DNA from: Chloroflexota bacterium
GTDB taxonomy: Bacteria > Chloroflexota > Anaerolineae > Anaerolineales > VGOW01
Assembly: GCA_016197225.1 (NCBI GenBank)
Contig: JACPWC010000009.1
Location: forward strand, 357 to 64,356
Length of the DNA: 64,000 bases
Direction: 5' to 3'
Made by a program: the position numbers and the translations under genes. Under the pieces are notes generated by a model that worked only from the letters and a program-made list of their open reading frames with translations, did not search any database and was not told where the DNA came from. Shown piece by piece: positions 28,339 to 38,407 of the stretch (the first letter of the stretch is position 1; each line of letters begins with the position of its first letter).

Positions 28339-30804
28339 TTGAACAAAGCGATCCCTCTTCACCGGCGTCTTTTCGTTGAGAGGGTCAGGCTGGGGTCTAA
28401 GCTTTGCGCCCCCGCCACGATTCAAGCAAATAGCATCATCTCCCAAATTGGCTTACAATCTGAAGCTGTGAACTGGCAGTACAACCCCTACGCCATTCCC
28501 TCATTTGTGTCGGCCCTTGTCGCCGCCGGCCTCATTGTCGTTGCCTGGCGGCGACGGGCGGCAAGCGCCGCCAAACCCTTCGCCTTCTTCATGGCCGCCA
28601 TTCTGGTCTGGGCCGGTTTCAACGGCCTCTTGCTGATCACACCCGACATTCCGACTCAGCTACTTTTGATCAAGGCCCTCTACTTCGGCGTGGTCACGGT
28701 TCCTGTAGGCTGGTTGGCGTTCGCCATCCACTACACCGACCGCGAAACCTGGCTCAGCCGCCGCAATCTGGCCCTGCTTTTCATCCACCCCGTTCTCACC
28801 TGGATCATCATTTGGACGAACGATGCTCACCATCTCATGTGGAGTTTCAAAGGCGTTGACCTGGCCCGCCCTTTCGTCCCGTCTGTTGACCTCGACAACG
28901 GCCTCTGGTTTTGGAGCGTGGTCGCTTACAACTACGCCCTCGTCCTCGTCGGCACCACGCTGTTCATCGTGGACATCATTCGCTCGCCGCAGGTTTACCG
29001 GCAGCGGGCCGTCCTTCTCATCAGTGGCGCGTTCGTGCCCTGGGTGGCCAGCGTCATGTACGTTTTCAAGCTGGGGCCGGTCCCCTTTCTCGATCTCACT
29101 CCCATCGCCTTCACCCTCAGCGGTGTGGCTTTTGCCTTCGCCATCTTTCGCTACCGCATGTTGGACATCGTGCCTATCGCTCGCGAGGCTGTCCTCCAGA
29201 GCATGGCCGATGCCGTGTTTGTGCTGGACGCGCGGAACCGGGTGGTGGACTTGAACCCGGCGGCCCAACACCTCCTCAACCGCCCGACCGGAGACGTCAT
29301 TGGCCGGCAAGCGGCAAACATCCTTACCAGCCGTTCTGATCTGATGGAAAATTATCGGGACGTCATGGAAGGCCAGAGCGAGATTACGCTAGGAAGCGGC
29401 GAGGCGCAACGCACCTACGAAATGCGTATCTCCCTGGTCGCCGGTCGCGGCAGTCACATGGGCCGCCTGGTCGTCCTGCACGACATCACCGCTCACAAAT
29501 TGAGCGAGCGCGAGATCCTCAAACGCAGCAAAGAACTGGCCGCCCTCAACCGCATCGTGGCCCAAATCACTTCAGTCTTTGACGTCGAATCGCGTTTGCA
29601 AACCACCGCCCGCGAAATGGTCGAACTCTTCAAAGCCACCAACTGCGGCATCGCCCTGCTCGACGATCATCAAACTCAACTGATGGTGATCGCCTCTCAC
29701 TCGGCAACGCCCGACTTCCCCAGCACAGTCGGCGTCAACATTCCCGTCGTCGGCAATCCCTCTGCCGAGCAGGCCATCAACACCGGCAAAACCTTTGTGG
29801 TGGCCGACGCCCAACACAACCCGAAGACGGCTCCGATCCACGACACCATGCGAACCCTCAACATCCACTCGCTCATGGTCGTGCCGCTTGTCACCGGCGG
29901 CCTGGTGATGGGCACCGCCGGCATTGTTACCACCGACCCCAACCGCAAGTTCACGCCTGATGAAGTAACGCTGGCCGAAACCATTGCCGGGCAAATTGCC
30001 AGCGCCATTGCCAACGCCCGCCTGCTGGAGCAAACGCAGGCCGCACTTGTCGAACGCCAGCGCGCCCAGGCCGAACTGCTCAAAGCCAAAGAAGCCGCCG
30101 AGGACGCCAACCGGGCCAAGTCGGCGTTTTTGGCCAACATGAGCCACGAGCTTCGCACGCCCCTCAACGCCATCATCGGCTACAGCGAAATGCTCGCCGA
30201 GGAAGCGCCAGAGATGGAGGCCGAGCAACTCATTGCCGACCTGCAAAAGATTCGCAACTCCGGCAAACATTTGCTGGGTCTGATCAACGACGTCCTCGAC
30301 ATCTCCAAGATCGAAGCCGGGCGGATGGATTTGTATCTGGAAGAATTTGAAGTGGCGCACCTGATCGAAGACGTAGTGGCCACGGTTGAGCCGTTGGCCC
30401 AAAAGAGCAACGTGGTTCTAAGCGTACGCCAGCCCGACGATCTCGGCCTGATGTTTGCCGACATCACCAAAGTGCGGCAGTCGCTGATCAACATCCTCAC
30501 CAACGCCGCCAAATTCGCCGCCGGAGCCGCGGTTGATTTTTCGATTGAGCGGCGCGACGACTGGTTCACCTTCATCATCGCCGATTCCGGCATTGGGATC
30601 ACGCCGGAACAGTTAGGCCGGCTCTTTCAGCCTTTCACCCAGGCCGACACTTCCACCACCCGCCGCTACGGGGGCACCGGCCTGGGCCTGGCCATCAGCC
30701 AGCGCTTCTGCAAAATGATGGGCGGAGAAATTGTGGTAGAGAGCGCGCTGGGGGCCGGGTCTACCTTCACCGTCCGCCTCCCGGCCCGAGTTGAGGACAC
30801 CTGA
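28339..30804 (+). CDS. Sensor histidine kinase with N-terminal 7TM domain, PAS, GAF, HisKA and HATPase_c
   Basis: Seven hydrophobic helices, then PAS/GAF-like regions, H-box [15 protein letters not shown]-box NILTNAAKF, and [11 protein letters not shown]. Start uncertain (TTG 28339 or GTG 28468). Confidence 0.9.
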   Translation: MNKAIPLHRRLFVERVRLGSKLCAPATIQANSIISQIGLQSEAVNWQYNPYAIPSFVSALVAAGLIVVAWRRRAASAAKPFAFFMAAILVWAGFNGLLLITPDIPTQLLLIKALYFGVVTVPVGWLAFAIHYTDRETWLSRRNLALLFIHPVLTWIIIWTNDAHHLMWSFKGVDLARPFVPSVDLDNGLWFWSVVAYNYALVLVGTTLFIVDIIRSPQVYRQRAVLLISGAFVPWVASVMYVFKLGPVPFLDLTPIAFTLSGVAFAFAIFRYRMLDIVPIAREAVLQSMADAVFVLDARNRVVDLNPAAQHLLNRPTGDVIGRQAANILTSRSDLMENYRDVMEGQSEITLGSGEAQRTYEMRISLVAGRGSHMGRLVVLHDITAHKLSEREILKRSKELAALNRIVAQITSVFDVESRLQTTAREMVELFKATNCGIALLDDHQTQLMVIASHSATPDFPSTVGVNIPVVGNPSAEQAINTGKTFVVADAQHNPKTAPIHDTMRTLNIHSLMVVPLVTGGLVMGTAGIVTTDPNRKFTPDEVTLAETIAGQIASAIANARLLEQTQAALVERQRAQAELLKAKEAAEDANRAKSAFLANMSHELRTPLNAIIGYSEMLAEEAPEMEAEQLIADLQKIRNSGKHLLGLINDVLDISKIEAGRMDLYLEEFEVAHLIEDVVATVEPLAQKSNVVLSVRQPDDLGLMFADITKVRQSLINILTNAAKFAAGAAVDFSIERRDDWFTFIIADSGIGITPEQLGRLFQPFTQADTSTTRRYGGTGLGLAISQRFCKMMGGEIVVESALGAGSTFTVRLPARVEDT

Positions 30805-30886
30805 AGCCGCTCTCGCCAAAAACGGCGGGGGTTTCGGGCAAAAGCGGGTGAAGATTTTCCAGACAAGCGACATCTAATAGAGTAGA

Positions 30887-31465
30887 GTGGCTCAATTGGA
30901 TACACTTCAACTGTTGCAGGATTATCAGGCCGGCGATGCGCTTGCGGTCGAGATGTTTGTGCGCGCCCATCAACAGGCGGTGTACCGGCTTGCCCTTTCC
31001 GTTTTAGACGACCCGGCGGAAGCCGACGAGGCCTCTCAGGACTCGCTGGTGGCGGCCATCAACGCCCTCGACAGTTATCGTGGCGAGTCGGCGTTCACCA
31101 CCTGGCTTTACGCCATTACGTTGAACGTGTGCCGGGCGCGACTGCGCAAGCGCGGAAGCCGCGAGCGGTTGATCCAGGCGCTTCACGCCATCTTCCGCCT
31201 CAAGGGTGAGACGGCGGCCCACCCGGAAGAAACCGCCATCAAGAACGAAGCCGACGCGGCCGTTCTGCAAGCCGTCAACAGGCTGGACGAGAAGCACCGC
31301 CTGCCCATCGTCCTGAGGTATTACAACGATTTTTCAATTGCCGAGATTGCCCAGTTGTTGGGCATCAATGAGGGAACGGTTCATTCGCGGTTGTATACAG
31401 CTCGCGAGAGATTACGGATGATGTTGAAGCGGAGCATTGATTTTGAGTTGCAGGAGGCGGAGTAA
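30887..31465 (+). CDS. ECF-type RNA polymerase sigma factor
   Basis: Region 2 (FTTWLYAITLNVCR) and region 4 (IAEIAQLLGINEGTVHSRLYTARERL). Confidence 0.9.
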   Translation: MAQLDTLQLLQDYQAGDALAVEMFVRAHQQAVYRLALSVLDDPAEADEASQDSLVAAINALDSYRGESAFTTWLYAITLNVCRARLRKRGSRERLIQALHAIFRLKGETAAHPEETAIKNEADAAVLQAVNRLDEKHRLPIVLRYYNDFSIAEIAQLLGINEGTVHSRLYTARERLRMMLKRSIDFELQEAE

Positions 31466-31466
31466 G

Positions 31467-32006
31467 ATGACTGAGTTGTCTCACGATCAGGCTCACCATC
31501 TTTTGCAGACTGCCACCGATGGCGGGCTGAACGCCGAAGGCCGGGCCGCGCTCCGGGCGCACATGGACGCTTGCCCGAAATGCCGCAACTATGCCGCCGA
31601 GTTCAACTGGGTGCACCGGGCGCTCTACCGGGCCTGGCGGGCGCGCTGGCACACCCGCCGTTCGCTGGCCGACATGTCGAGCCGGGTGCTGGCGGCGGCC
31701 CGGCGAGAGTTTCAGCGCAAACTGTTCTTTAGCTTTGCCCATGCTTTTGCCCGCGTGGGAACGTTGGTAGTGGTGGGCGTGTTTGTGGTCGGCCTGCTTC
31801 AAAGCCAGATGTTTAGCCTGAACAACACCACCGGCAATACCGCCAACATCAACAGCGCCGCCAATTCTCGCTACGAAAGTAGCTTGCCGACGTTTGAGAT
31901 GGAGTCGGACGGTTCACAGCTAATCCCAAGTAACATGAGTTCTGAAGAAGAGTGGCCCGGGCCTGGTTTTATTGACCGCACCACGAACGCGCCAATTCTT
32001 CAGTAG
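31467..32006 (+). CDS. Anti-sigma factor (zf-HC2 type) with one TM segment
   Basis: HMDACPKCRNY motif and a TM VGTLVVVGVFVVGLL. Starts 1 nt after the sigma stop. Confidence 0.7.
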   Translation: MTELSHDQAHHLLQTATDGGLNAEGRAALRAHMDACPKCRNYAAEFNWVHRALYRAWRARWHTRRSLADMSSRVLAAARREFQRKLFFSFAHAFARVGTLVVVGVFVVGLLQSQMFSLNNTTGNTANINSAANSRYESSLPTFEMESDGSQLIPSNMSSEEEWPGPGFIDRTTNAPILQ

Positions 32007-32396
32007 CCTGTTGCGCCTCGCCCGCTGACGCTTGCGTGGCACCCCCAGCGGGCAGGCCTGGCTAAAACAAGACCAGAGCTACTACAACCTCAGGCTCGCA
32101 TCTGACGACGGGCAGGAGAAGAATGTCTCGCCTTCCAGTTCATCACGCCTTGCGCCTGACGCGAGCTACAGGCGGGACATTACACACCCCGCTTCAAGAT
32201 TGATCGCGACCGCGAGTCTGGGGCCACCTCCTTCATCACCTGCGATCAGATTCAGAACATCGAATTTGCCGACAACGGCCACACCCAGCCGCAGCCAAAA
32301 CAACCCGGCGCAACTTCCCGAAGGTCTGCGAAGCATCTTCGGGGAGTTGCCGGCCTGGCGCCCTGTCCGGGGAACTTTCTTTAGCGGAGTGTAGGC

Positions 32397-33089
32397 ATGA
32401 CTCAAAAACTCATCGGCATTCTGGCCGGCATGGGGCCGCGTTCCACGGCCCCATTTGTGGATAGCGTCATCACCCAGTGTCAGACCCAGTACGGGGCAAA
32501 GCACGACGACGACTTCCCGCCCATGATGATCTACTCCCTGCCGACTCCGTTCTACGTGGATCGGCCCATTGATCACAACGCCCTCAAACGAGCCATCATC
32601 GCCGGGTTGCTCAAGCTGGAGTCCACCGGGGTTGAATTCATTGCCATGCCCTGCAACACGGCGCATATTTATTTTGACGAACTGGCCGCCAGCCTCCGCG
32701 CGCCGCTTCTCAATATGGTTGACCTGGCGCTTCGCGCCGTGCCGCCGTCGGCCCGGAAGGTAGCCTTGTTCGCCACCCGGCCCACCGCCAACGCCAACGT
32801 TTATCAGAACGGCCTTGAGCGCGCCGGGCTGAGGCCGGTGACGAACGAAAGCTGGCAGGTTCAAATGGATACGCTGATCGGGGGCATCAAATCGTCGCTG
32901 GCGCTGGAGAGGCTTCAGCAGGCCTGGCGCGGCTTGCTATCAGAAGTCGAAGCGTCGGGCGTGGATACTATTCTGCTGGCCTGCACCGACCTGAACATCG
33001 TCAGCAAGGACATTCCAACCGGCCTGACTCTGGTTGATGCAACCGAGCGTCTGGCGCAAGCCACTGTTGAAAAGTGGAGAGAGCCGTGA
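32397..33089 (+). CDS. Aspartate/glutamate racemase family protein
   Basis: IGILAGMGPRST, IAMPCNTAH, ILLACTDL (the two catalytic Cys motifs). Confidence 0.88.
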   Translation: MTQKLIGILAGMGPRSTAPFVDSVITQCQTQYGAKHDDDFPPMMIYSLPTPFYVDRPIDHNALKRAIIAGLLKLESTGVEFIAMPCNTAHIYFDELAASLRAPLLNMVDLALRAVPPSARKVALFATRPTANANVYQNGLERAGLRPVTNESWQVQMDTLIGGIKSSLALERLQQAWRGLLSEVEASGVDTILLACTDLNIVSKDIPTGLTLVDATERLAQATVEKWREP

Positions 33090-33101
33090 TCAATTACCTC
33101 C

Positions 33102-33335
33102 TTGAACATGGCCGGCTTCATCGTCGGGGAAGCCGCCTTGTCGTTCCTGGGCTTTGGCATTCAAGACCCGATCCCCACCTGGGGCAGCATGCTGGCCGGG
33201 ACTCAGCAGTTCATGTTCGACCGGCCCTGGTTGCCGCTCGTGCCTGACACGCCCATCCTGCTTTGCTCGCTGGCCTTCAACTTCATCGGCGACAGCTTGC
33301 GCGATGCGCTCGATCCGAGATTGAAAACGCCGTGA
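33102..33335 (+). pseudogene. Isolated C-terminal fragment (about 77 aa) of an Opp/Dpp-type ABC transporter permease
   Basis: GEAALSFLGFGIQDPIPTWGSML...LAFNFIGDSLRDALDPRLK matches the last TMs of OppC/DppC. No upstream remainder and no partner transporter genes. Confidence 0.75.
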
Positions 33336-33376
33336 GAATGATTAGAGCTTCATGAAAGGTTCTGGCTCGTCAACCA

Positions 33377-33459
33377 GAAAAAAGTTTTAGGACACGGACG
33401 CTTTGCGCGCTGATTTTCGCTGATAAAAAACAAAATCTGCGCGCCAAGCGTCCGTGTCC
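33377..33459. repeat. Second copy of the 28.2-kb repeat core, folded as a 21-bp stem (GGACACGGACGCTTTGCGCGC / GCGCGCCAAGCGTCCGTGTCC) with a conserved 28-nt loop
   Basis: About 90 percent identity by eye over about 64 nt with 28197-28260 (…AAGTTTT-GGAC…GCGCGCTGATTTTCGCTGATAAAAACAAAATCTGCG). Confidence 0.6.
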
Positions 33460-33581
33460 CATTTCCCGTTAAAGTCGGGAGACCAATTTTTTCTAAAGTA
33501 AAATGGTGGACGAACAGAATCAAATCGCTCCCTTGAACAATCACGAAACTTTCGCATTCCCCCTTTGTCAAACCAAAAGCC

Positions 33582-34175
33582 ATGCCAGATTCTTTATCGT
33601 TGCTCAATTCCCACCCGCTCACAAACTGGGCGTATGTGTTGTTGCTGGTGCTTGTCGCCATCGAAGGGCCGATTGCAACGTTGGTCGCCGCCGTGGCCGC
33701 CTCGGCGGGCTACCTTAACCCTCTATTGGTCTTCGTCTTCGCCGCCACCGGCAATGCAATGGCCGACCTGATGTGGTACTTGCTGGGCTATTTGGGCAAA
33801 ACGGAGTGGGTCATTCATCACGGGCGCTGGCTGGGCATCCGGCCCGAACAGGTGAAGCGTTGGGAGCGCGACATGCACACTCACGTCAGCCGAATCTTGT
33901 TTACCGCTAAACTCACCCTGGGCTTCATGGTGCCCATGCTCATTGCTGCCGGGCTGGCGCGTGTGCCGTGGCGGCGCTGGCTCGGCGTTCTTCTCGTCGC
34001 CGAAACCATTTGGACGGGCGGTCTGGTGCTGGCCGGATTCTATTTCGGCGCGCAACTTCGACAACTTGAACAGGGGTTGCAATGGCTGGCGCTGGGCGGC
34101 GGCTTGCTGTTTATCATTCTCGCCGGTTGGTATCTTGCGCGCCAGCGAACCCGGACTGAAGAAACAATATCATAA
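33582..34175 (+). CDS. DedA/VTT-family membrane protein
   Basis: 197 aa, 4-5 TM, N-terminal LLLVLVAIEGPIATLVAA... pattern. Confidence 0.65.
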   Translation: MPDSLSLLNSHPLTNWAYVLLLVLVAIEGPIATLVAAVAASAGYLNPLLVFVFAATGNAMADLMWYLLGYLGKTEWVIHHGRWLGIRPEQVKRWERDMHTHVSRILFTAKLTLGFMVPMLIAAGLARVPWRRWLGVLLVAETIWTGGLVLAGFYFGAQLRQLEQGLQWLALGGGLLFIILAGWYLARQRTRTEETIS

Positions 34176-34241
34176 AAGGGTTTCGTTTATAATTCGATCA
34201 GGCCGGGTCTGGCTCGCCCGCATCTTTAGTTTGATTGGCGA

Positions 34242-34904
34242 TTGAAGGAGAAGGACATGGATTGCTGCGCACATACCAGAGGCTTGAACACCATCTTCGA
34301 CGAGCAGAACGCCCGCAACGAGGTCAAGGAATATTGGAAGAAAGGAATTGACAAACACGCCCGGGTGGTGGTGGACGCCGTCGGCGCGCGGGGAGTGGCC
34401 GGGGCCACCTTGCTCGAAGTGGGCGGCGGCATCGGCGGCCTGCACGCCGAACTGCTCAAGCGCGGCGCAGAGCGCGCCACCAACGTGGACATTTCATCAG
34501 CTTACATCTCCGCCGCCCAGTCGGTGGCTGAAAAATTGGGGTTGCAGGATCGGGTGGAACACCGGCTGGCCGACTTTGCCCGTGAGGCCGACTCCGTTCC
34601 CGCCGCCGACGTGGTAATCCTGCACCGGGTCGTCTGTTGCTACCCCGACATGCCCCGCCTGGTGACTACCGCTTCGCAACACGCCAACCGCCTGCTGGCC
34701 CTCACCTTCCCGTGCGACGCGTGGTACATGCGCCTCTTTGAAAAACTGGGCAACGTCGGCCTATGGCTTACCCGCTCCAACTTTCGCTTCTTCGTGCATT
34801 CACCCGAAGCAATTTTGAGCGTGGCCGCCGAGTCCGGCCTCAAGCCGGTTCAACAAAAATTCTCGAGGCCCTGGCAGATTGTCATTTTTGAACGTGCCAC
34901 GTAA
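34242..34904 (+). CDS. Class I SAM-dependent methyltransferase
   Basis: Motif I LLEVGGGIGGL with an acidic residue after beta2 (NVDIS). Confidence 0.8.
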   Translation: MKEKDMDCCAHTRGLNTIFDEQNARNEVKEYWKKGIDKHARVVVDAVGARGVAGATLLEVGGGIGGLHAELLKRGAERATNVDISSAYISAAQSVAEKLGLQDRVEHRLADFAREADSVPAADVVILHRVVCCYPDMPRLVTTASQHANRLLALTFPCDAWYMRLFEKLGNVGLWLTRSNFRFFVHSPEAILSVAAESGLKPVQQKFSRPWQIVIFERAT

Positions 34905-35760
34905 ATGCCGTCAGCACTGGCGAATGATCCGACCCGCCCTGATCTCGAATCTCGCAAGCCAGGATCACTGTGCCGTCCAGCCGCTCCACCTCTTCAACTA
35001 ACAACTGCGCCTGACGCTCCTGCTCAAACACCCTCAAGTTGATGATGTCTGGCATCTCGGCCAGGGACCCCCACCTCAAACCGTAGGCCAGCAAGTGCGC
35101 CGCGATGAACGTGACTTCTTCGCCGGCCACGCTAACTTTTACCGCCGCCGCCGGGCGATCCGCCTTCAGGTCAAGCACATACGAGTCAAGCAAAGGATAG
35201 CGGCTGAAGACGGCTGTAGTTCCATAAGGATGCTCGCCGCCCATCAATGAATACGGATAGGTTTCACCCAACCGCTCGACCAACGCGCCCATCATCTCCG
35301 GCTGGATTTCCTGCAAAGCAACCAGGTCAGGCCGATGGGTCAAAATCACGGTCGCAACAGCCTCATAATCCGTGTTGCTAAAGAGCACGTTGTAAGTCAT
35401 CACTCGCAAAGAAGGGGTTTGATCAGGCTGGGCCAGGTGTGGGCCGAAATAAGGCCAGTACAGCGCGCCAAACACCAACGGTGGAATCAGTGAGGCGGCA
35501 ATGGCCCGGTGTCGGCGGCTGAACAAGGCCAACGGCAGAATGACAAGAATCGGCGCGAAGAGATGGGGAACGAAGCGGTTGATGACGGTCAGCCACCACC
35601 AGCCATCACGAACAGTGAGCCACAGCCCAAACCAAATTACGATGAGGGCGTTGTAAACATACGACACTGTAGGGGCGAAGCACTCGGAAAAGGCGCTCGC
35701 AGTTCGCCAAAATCTCTGCTCCGAGTGCTTGGCCCTTACCTGATCACGCCGGCCACCCAT
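34882..35760 (-). CDS. Membrane-anchored endonuclease/exonuclease/phosphatase (EEP) family protein, apparently carrying an internal deletion near the C-terminus
   Basis: LRVMTYNVLF, DLVALQEI, ...GTVILAC-EIRDQGGSDHSPV. The usual GDFN motif and about 80 aa before SDH are missing. Confidence 0.65.
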   Translation of the reverse strand: MGGRRDQVRAKHSEQRFWRTASAFSECFAPTVSYVYNALIVIWFGLWLTVRDGWWWLTVINRFVPHLFAPILVILPLALFSRRHRAIAASLIPPLVFGALYWPYFGPHLAQPDQTPSLRVMTYNVLFSNTDYEAVATVILTHRPDLVALQEIQPEMMGALVERLGETYPYSLMGGEHPYGTTAVFSRYPLLDSYVLDLKADRPAAAVKVSVAGEEVTFIAAHLLAYGLRWGSLAEMPDIINLRVFEQERQAQLLVEEVERLDGTVILACEIRDQGGSDHSPVLTAFTWHVQK

Positions 35761-36512
35761 TCTTCAACCGCCTTGTTCTTTTCTCCCTGCACCCACCGCG
35801 CCAGAAACTCCACGTTGCCCGCCGGACCGAGCAGTGGCGAACGAATCAGGCCCGCAGTGTTCAGCCCGAGTGACTCGGCAAATATCAATGTGGCTAGTAA
35901 CACTTCGCGATGAACTTCAGGATCGCGCACCACGCCGCCTTTGCCTACACGACTTCGACCCGCCTCAAACTGCGGTTTGATCAGCGCCACAATTTCACCC
36001 TCAGGCCCAAGCCATTTTTGCGCGACCGGCAATAAAATTTTCAGCGAGATGAACGACGCATCAATCGTCACCAGCCGGATCGGCTCAGGCAATTGCTCCA
36101 CGTAGCGGGCGTTCGTCTCTTCCATGACGATCACGCGCGGGTCGTTGCGCAAGCGCCAGTCGAGGATGCCTGCGCCAACGTCAATGGCATAAACTCTGGC
36201 CGCCCCGTTTTGCAAAAGGCAATCGGTGAAGCCGCCGGTGGACGCCCCCACGTCGGCGCAAACCCAGCCACTCACCCTCAACCCAAACGACTCCAGCGCC
36301 GCCGCCAGCTTCTCGCCCCCGCGACTCACGAATCGGGGCGGAGTCTTGATTTCCACTACAGAGTCGGTTGCCACCAGGGAACCAGGCTTGTCGGCCAACT
36401 GGCCGTTCACCGTCACCTCACCGGCCATGATCAAGCGGCGGCCTTTTTCCCGCGAGTCCACCAAACCGCGCTCAACCAACAATGCATCCAGCCTGGTTTT
36501 TTTATTAGCCAC
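35736..36512 (-). CDS. tlyA: TlyA-family 16S/23S rRNA (cytidine-2'-O)-methyltransferase
   Basis: S4-like N-terminus KTRLDALLVERGL..SREKGRRLIMAGEV, SAM motif CADVGASTGGFTDCLLQNGA. GTG start at 36510-36512. Confidence 0.88.
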   Translation of the reverse strand: MANKKTRLDALLVERGLVDSREKGRRLIMAGEVTVNGQLADKPGSLVATDSVVEIKTPPRFVSRGGEKLAAALESFGLRVSGWVCADVGASTGGFTDCLLQNGAARVYAIDVGAGILDWRLRNDPRVIVMEETNARYVEQLPEPIRLVTIDASFISLKILLPVAQKWLGPEGEIVALIKPQFEAGRSRVGKGGVVRDPEVHREVLLATLIFAESLGLNTAGLIRSPLLGPAGNVEFLARWVQGEKNKAVEEWVAGVIR

Positions 36513-36533
36513 GGGGCGATTATAATACGCCGC

Positions 36534-37409
36534 ATGACTCTTCCGCCTTTGCTGAAAACCATGCGTCCGCGCCAGTGGGCCAAGAACGCCGTAGTGTTTG
36601 CGGCGTTGGTGTTTGATGTCAAACTCTTCAACCCGTTTTATTTCACTCGCGCGCTGATTGCCTTCGGCCTGCTCTGTTTGATCGCCAGCGCAGTGTACAT
36701 CATCAACGACCTGGGCGACATCGAAAAAGACCGGCTGCATCCCAGGAAGAAGCACCGCCCGCTGGCAGCCGGCACGCTCTCCAAAAGGACCGCTATCATC
36801 GCCGCCGCTGTTTTTTTAGCCTTTGCCCTCGGCGGCTCATTCGGCCTCAACATTGAATTTGGCGGGCTGGTGCTTCTCTACCTCGTCATCAATCTTCTTT
36901 ACACCTTCTGGCTCAAGAACATCGTCATCCTCGACGTGCTGTTGGTGGCCGCCGGCTTCGTCATCCGCGTCGGCGCGGGCGTTATCTTGGTGGACGTGGT
37001 GCGCTTCTCGCCCTGGCTCTACATTTGCATGTCTCTGCTGGCGCTGTTCATGGTGCTGGGCAAGCGCCGCCGCGAGATCACCCTGCTCGAAGCGCAAGCC
37101 AACGAGCACCGCGCCGTGCTGGCTAACTACAACCTTGAATTTATTGATCAACTGATCAGCGCCGTCTCTACCAGCACTATCGTGGCCTACTCGTTCTACA
37201 CCTTCTCAGCCGAGAACCTGCCCCGGAACCACGCCATGATGCTCACCATTCCGTTTGTGCTGTATGGCATCTTTCGCTATCTCTACCTCATCCACGTCCG
37301 GCACGAAGGCGGCGCGCCTGACGAACTGGTCTTCAAAGACCGCCCGCTGATGCTGACGTTCGTGCTGTGGGGCTTGTTCGCGGTTGGGGTGCTGTATCTC
37401 GGGCAATGA
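36534..37409 (+). CDS. UbiA-family prenyltransferase (decaprenyl-phosphate phosphoribosyltransferase-like)
   Basis: MRPRQWAKNAVVFAALVF, NDLGDIEKDRLHPRKKHRPLAAG, polytopic. Confidence 0.82.
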   Translation: MTLPPLLKTMRPRQWAKNAVVFAALVFDVKLFNPFYFTRALIAFGLLCLIASAVYIINDLGDIEKDRLHPRKKHRPLAAGTLSKRTAIIAAAVFLAFALGGSFGLNIEFGGLVLLYLVINLLYTFWLKNIVILDVLLVAAGFVIRVGAGVILVDVVRFSPWLYICMSLLALFMVLGKRRREITLLEAQANEHRAVLANYNLEFIDQLISAVSTSTIVAYSFYTFSAENLPRNHAMMLTIPFVLYGIFRYLYLIHVRHEGGAPDELVFKDRPLMLTFVLWGLFAVGVLYLGQ

Positions 37410-38329
37410 TCACCGCCACCGCGCCCGGCAAAATCATCCTCTTCGGCGAGCACGCCGTCGTCTATGGCCGCCCGGCCATCGCCGCGCCCGTCACCCAGGT
37501 TTCGGCGCAAGCGACCATCACCGAAAGCGGCGGCGACTTTGTCATTGAAGCTCGCGATCAAAATCGGACGGCCCGACTCAGCGAACTGCCCGACGACGAT
37601 CCAATCGCCGCGATCATTCGCAAGACCCTGACTGTCTTCGGTGAAACCGCCACCGCCGGGGCGACTTTGATCATCCAATCCACCATCCCCATCGCCGGAG
37701 GCCTCGGCAGTGGCGCGGCGGTATCCACCGCCATCGCCCGCGCCCTGGCCGCCTTCTACAAGCGCGACCTCGACGCGGCCACAATTTCGTCGCTCGTCTA
37801 CGAAGTCGAGAAGCTTCATCACGGCACGCCGTCTGGCATTGACAACACGGTGATTGCGTTTGGTAAGCCGGTGTACTTTGTACGTAGTCAGCCCATCGAA
37901 ACCTTCAACGTCCCCGTTCCCTTCCGCCTCGCCATCGCCGACACCGGCATCCACAGCCCAACCAGGATCGCGGTGGGCGACGTGCGCGCCGCCTGGCAGG
38001 CCGACCCGGCCAAATACGAATCGCTCTTCGACCGTTGCGGCGAGATTGCCCGCCAGGCGCGAACGCTCATCGAAAGCGGCCAGCCGGATGGACTTGGCTC
38101 GCTGATGATGGACAACCACGCCCTCTTGCGTGAGATGGGCGTCTCCTGCCCCGAACTTGATTCGCTCGTAGAGGCCGCCATGCGCGGGGGCGCGTTAGGC
38201 GCAAAACTCTCCGGCGGCGGGCGCGGCGGCAACATGATTGCGCTCGTCTCCGAGACTGCTGAAGCGCGAGTACGCGACGCCTTGCTTTCTGCCGGAGCCA
38301 GGCGAGTCATTACGACTCAAGTAGAATGA
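37406..38329 (+). CDS. mvk: Mevalonate kinase (GHMP kinase)
   Basis: APGKIILFGEHAVVYG and the GHMP motif PIAGGLGSGAAVSTA. ATGA overlap with the UbiA gene. Confidence 0.82.
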   Translation: MITATAPGKIILFGEHAVVYGRPAIAAPVTQVSAQATITESGGDFVIEARDQNRTARLSELPDDDPIAAIIRKTLTVFGETATAGATLIIQSTIPIAGGLGSGAAVSTAIARALAAFYKRDLDAATISSLVYEVEKLHHGTPSGIDNTVIAFGKPVYFVRSQPIETFNVPVPFRLAIADTGIHSPTRIAVGDVRAAWQADPAKYESLFDRCGEIARQARTLIESGQPDGLGSLMMDNHALLREMGVSCPELDSLVEAAMRGGALGAKLSGGGRGGNMIALVSETAEARVRDALLSAGARRVITTQVE

Positions 38330-38401
38330 ACCGCAAAGACGCAAAGAACACAAAGAAGAATAAAGAAAAGTTTTTCTTCGCGCCCTTCGCGCCTTCGCGG
38401 T
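38330..38401. repeat. CAAAG/CTTCGCG repeat hairpin filling the mvk-ipk spacer
   Basis: 26-nt arms ACCGCAAAGACGCAAAGAACACAAAG / CTTCGCGCCCTTCGCGCCTTCGCGGT. On the + strand this gives 19 Watson-Crick pairs plus 7 A:C oppositions. Confidence 0.65.
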
Positions 38402-38407
38402 GAAAAA

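Noticed and set aside
33350-33661. 103-aa minus-strand ORF between the permease fragment and the DedA gene
   Set aside because: Its C-terminal half translates the dispersed repeat (…FFISENQRAKRP…) and its N-terminus overlaps the DedA start. No motif. Likely spurious.
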